Assembly: GCA_902619105.1 (NCBI GenBank)
Contig: CACNCV010000001.1
Span: 402,706 to 466,705 of the forward strand
Length of the DNA: 64,000 bases
Reading direction: 5' to 3'
DNA from: an uncultured Pelagibacteraceae bacterium
GTDB taxonomy: Bacteria; Pseudomonadota; Alphaproteobacteria; Pelagibacterales; AG-422-B15
The position numbers and the translations under genes were made by a program. Below the pieces are notes generated by a model. It saw only the letters and a program-made list of their open reading frames with translations, had not been told where the DNA came from and searched no databases. Below are positions 59,718 to 64,000 of the stretch, in pieces; position 1 is the stretch's first letter; each line of letters begins with the position of its first letter.

Positions 59718-60482
59718 ATGGTTATGAAATTTATAAAAATCATTACTTTTCTTACTTTAGTTACTTTTACTCTTAGCGGTTGCTCAGATACAAAGTTAGT
59801 TACGCCTGAAACAGAGGGCGAAAAACTTCAAATACTCTACTCAAATGCAATGGAATTAGTTAAAAAAAGAGATTTTATAGATGCAGCAATACTATTTGAA
59901 GATATTGAAAGACAATATCCGTATTCTAAGTGGTCTAATCAGGCGCAATTAATGACTGCGTTCTGTTATTATAAAACACAATTTCACGATGAAAGCCTGG
60001 ATGCTCTTGAAAGATTTATTGCGCTTTACCCTGGCAGCAAAAAAATTTCATACGCTTACTATCTACGAGCTTTAAATTACTTTGAGCAGATAAAAGATGT
60101 AGAAAGAGACCAGAGTATGACGGTCAAATCTAAAACAGCATTTTATGAGGTTATAAATAAATATCCTGATTCTGAGTTTGTTGAAGATGCTTACTTAAAA
60201 ATTGATATTATAAATGATAGGCTGGCAGCAAAAGAAATTGAAATTGCCAGATATTATCAATTTAAACAGCAATGGATATCAGCAATTAACAGATATAACA
60301 AAATTTTAGAGGATTATGATACTTCTGTATATACAGAGGAGGCATTACATAGACTTGTTGAAATTTATTACTCCCTTGGTTTAACTGAAGAAGCAAAAAG
60401 ATATGCATCAACTTTAGGTTTTAATTTTCCTGATAGTGATTGGTACACAAAAAGTTACGAGTTAGTAAAAGATTTAAGTTAA
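59718..60482 (+). CDS. bamD: Outer membrane protein assembly factor BamD
   Basis: 254-aa ORF with lipobox LSGCS and TPR-like repeats, in the typical position after lpxC. Confidence 0.8.
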   Translation: MVMKFIKIITFLTLVTFTLSGCSDTKLVTPETEGEKLQILYSNAMELVKKRDFIDAAILFEDIERQYPYSKWSNQAQLMTAFCYYKTQFHDESLDALERFIALYPGSKKISYAYYLRALNYFEQIKDVERDQSMTVKSKTAFYEVINKYPDSEFVEDAYLKIDIINDRLAAKEIEIARYYQFKQQWISAINRYNKILEDYDTSVYTEEALHRLVEIYYSLGLTEEAKRYASTLGFNFPDSDWYTKSYELVKDLS

Positions 60483-62489
<2,007 letters not shown>

Positions 62490-62497
<8 letters not shown>

Positions 62498-64000
62498 TCA
62501 GGGGGGAAGTTTGGTCTATCAGCCATTTTTTCTCCTGCTCATTCATAAATCTCAATAGATTTGATTTTACATCTGAATGATACTTATCAATCCACTCAAT
62601 TTCCTTTTTATTCAACATTTTTTTATTTATTAAATCTCTCTCGAACGGGGCCATTGTTAATGTTTTAAAATGCAAATTACCTTTACTTATTTGAGACATA
62701 ATTAGGCTCTCAATCCTGATACCGTAGTCATTTTTTTTATAAAAACCAGGTTCATTTGAAACAACCATACCTTCTTCAAAAGATATTTTAGAAAATTGTG
62801 AAATAGAAGGAGGACTTTCGTGTACATTTAAGAAACAGCCTACTCCATGTCCAGTTCCGTGTTCAAAATTACAATTTATTTCTTTGAGATATTTTCTTGC
62901 AAGATTATCTAATTTTTTACCTTTTTCTCCGTACTTAAATTTACTACGTGCGACAGCAATATGACCTTTTAAGACTCTAGTATACATATCTTTTTGATCT
63001 TTTCGTGGCTTATTAAAACTTATTGTTCTCGTTACATCAGTCGTTCCATCAAAGTACTGAGCGCCAGAGTCAACTAGAAATAAATCTGATTTTCTTATTT
63101 TTTTGTTTGTTAATTTATTTGCACGATAGTGAACAATTGCTCCATTTGATCCTGTACCTGCAATTGTTGGAAAGCTGAGTGAAAAGAAATTTTTGTTACC
63201 CTTTCTTAAATTATCTAAATATTTAATTGCGTCCAATTCTGTTATATTTTTATTTTGTACTTGGTTTTTAATCCAAAAGATAAATTTTGTTAATGATGCA
63301 CCATCTCTTTTATGCGAATTAAGCATACCCTTTTGCTCAGTTTTATTTTTTTTCGATTTTAGTAACTGTATGATATCCCCTTGAAGTTTTAATGTCCCAT
63401 AATTTTTTATTGCATTAGCTAGATTAAAATTAATCGTATTAATATCACATATGAATGATTTATTAATTCCATCCTTTTTAATGAATGGATAAATATCTTT
63501 TTGCTTTTTAAAAGAGACATCAATTTTCAATTGCTTTCTTAAATTGTTTTTGCAATCAGAAAAAATGTAACATTTTCCAGTTTTATGAATAATTGCTTGA
63601 GATAGAAATATAGGTGTATACTCAATATCATTTGATCTGATATTGAATACCCACGAAATTGAGTCACATGCAGTTAAAACATAGTAATCTGTTTTAGATT
63701 TTTTTAAAAAATCGACAATTTTATTTATTTTACTTTCAGTGCTTTCACCTGCAAAACTTTTATCTAAAACAAATGGCTTTGAAATACTTTTTTTTGGTTT
63801 CGTTTTCCAGATTTGATCAATGAGGTTTTTCTCTACTGGTATTAAATTTGTTTTTTTACCTAATGATTTTGAATACGATTTAATTTTAAAATAAGGCAAA
63901 ATATTACCATCAAACCCAACATTTTTAGCTTTTTTTAATTTTAGTAAGTTTAACGGAGTGAGTTTGTTGTAATTAAATATCTTATATTGTCCTTTATTTA
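62490..64000 (-). CDS. pepP: Xaa-Pro aminopeptidase (M24B, PepP-like), N-terminus runs off the window
   Basis: M24 metal-ligand motifs (DSGAQY, HGTGHGVG, SNEPGFY, IRIE). The ORF-track start at 63899 is a TTG. I translated the same frame upstream and it stays open to position 64000 (…KAKNVGFDGNILPYF…), so the gene is 5'-partial here. Confidence 0.85.

Overview
This is an AT-rich, very tightly packed chromosomal segment. It holds about 65 genes, many with 1-20 nt start/stop overlaps, and several convergent gene pairs overlap at their 3' ends. By inference only (gene content, order and streamlining), it comes from a marine Pelagibacterales/SAR11-like alphaproteobacterium.

**Positions 1-26.7 kb: housekeeping genes.** These are lgt-midA-pgeF, proC, a MarR/OmpR-family/EnvZ-like operon, ilvE, pgsA, uvrC, a FolB-like/SDR pair, a CaCA exchanger, uvrB, aspC, trxB, an ELM1-like protein with a coupled 2OG-oxygenase-like ORF, lrp, carAB and yqeY-dnaG-rpoD.

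**Positions 26.8-37.2 kb: accessory-looking block.** A tRNA(CAU) at 26759-26835 is followed by about 10.4 kb of redox, catabolic and transport genes. These include TauD-like, alpha/beta hydrolase, Old-Yellow-Enzyme, TPR, SRAP and BT1-like transporter genes. They also include an unannotated 55-codon membrane ORF, a zeta-like GST, an orphan 440-aa protein, an ABM-like protein, a methyltransferase, a TIGR03643-like protein and a rhodanese. There is no integrase and no att repeat.

**Positions 37.2-64 kb: envelope and cell division.** These are mlaC-mlaA, an EamA transporter, a cell-wall amidase, RNase P RNA and a complete dcw cell-division/cell-wall cluster, then lpxC, bamD, ligA and a partial pepP.

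**Most notable observations:**
- Five phased NCCCA boxes upstream of mraZ look like a MraZ operator.
- ftsZ sits between mraZ and rsmH instead of after ftsA.
- The FtsZ linker contains near-identical tandem DNA repeats.
- ligA is broken by a 1-nt frame change exactly on an in-phase A AAA AAG slippery heptamer.
- DnaG has lost three of the four canonical zinc ligands.
- A transporter, micro-ORF, GST and orphan protein form a tightly packed four-gene string, the last three joined by 1-nt overlaps.

I found no CRISPR array, IS element, prophage or recognisable defence system. None of the candidates amounts to a demonstrably new system on sequence alone.
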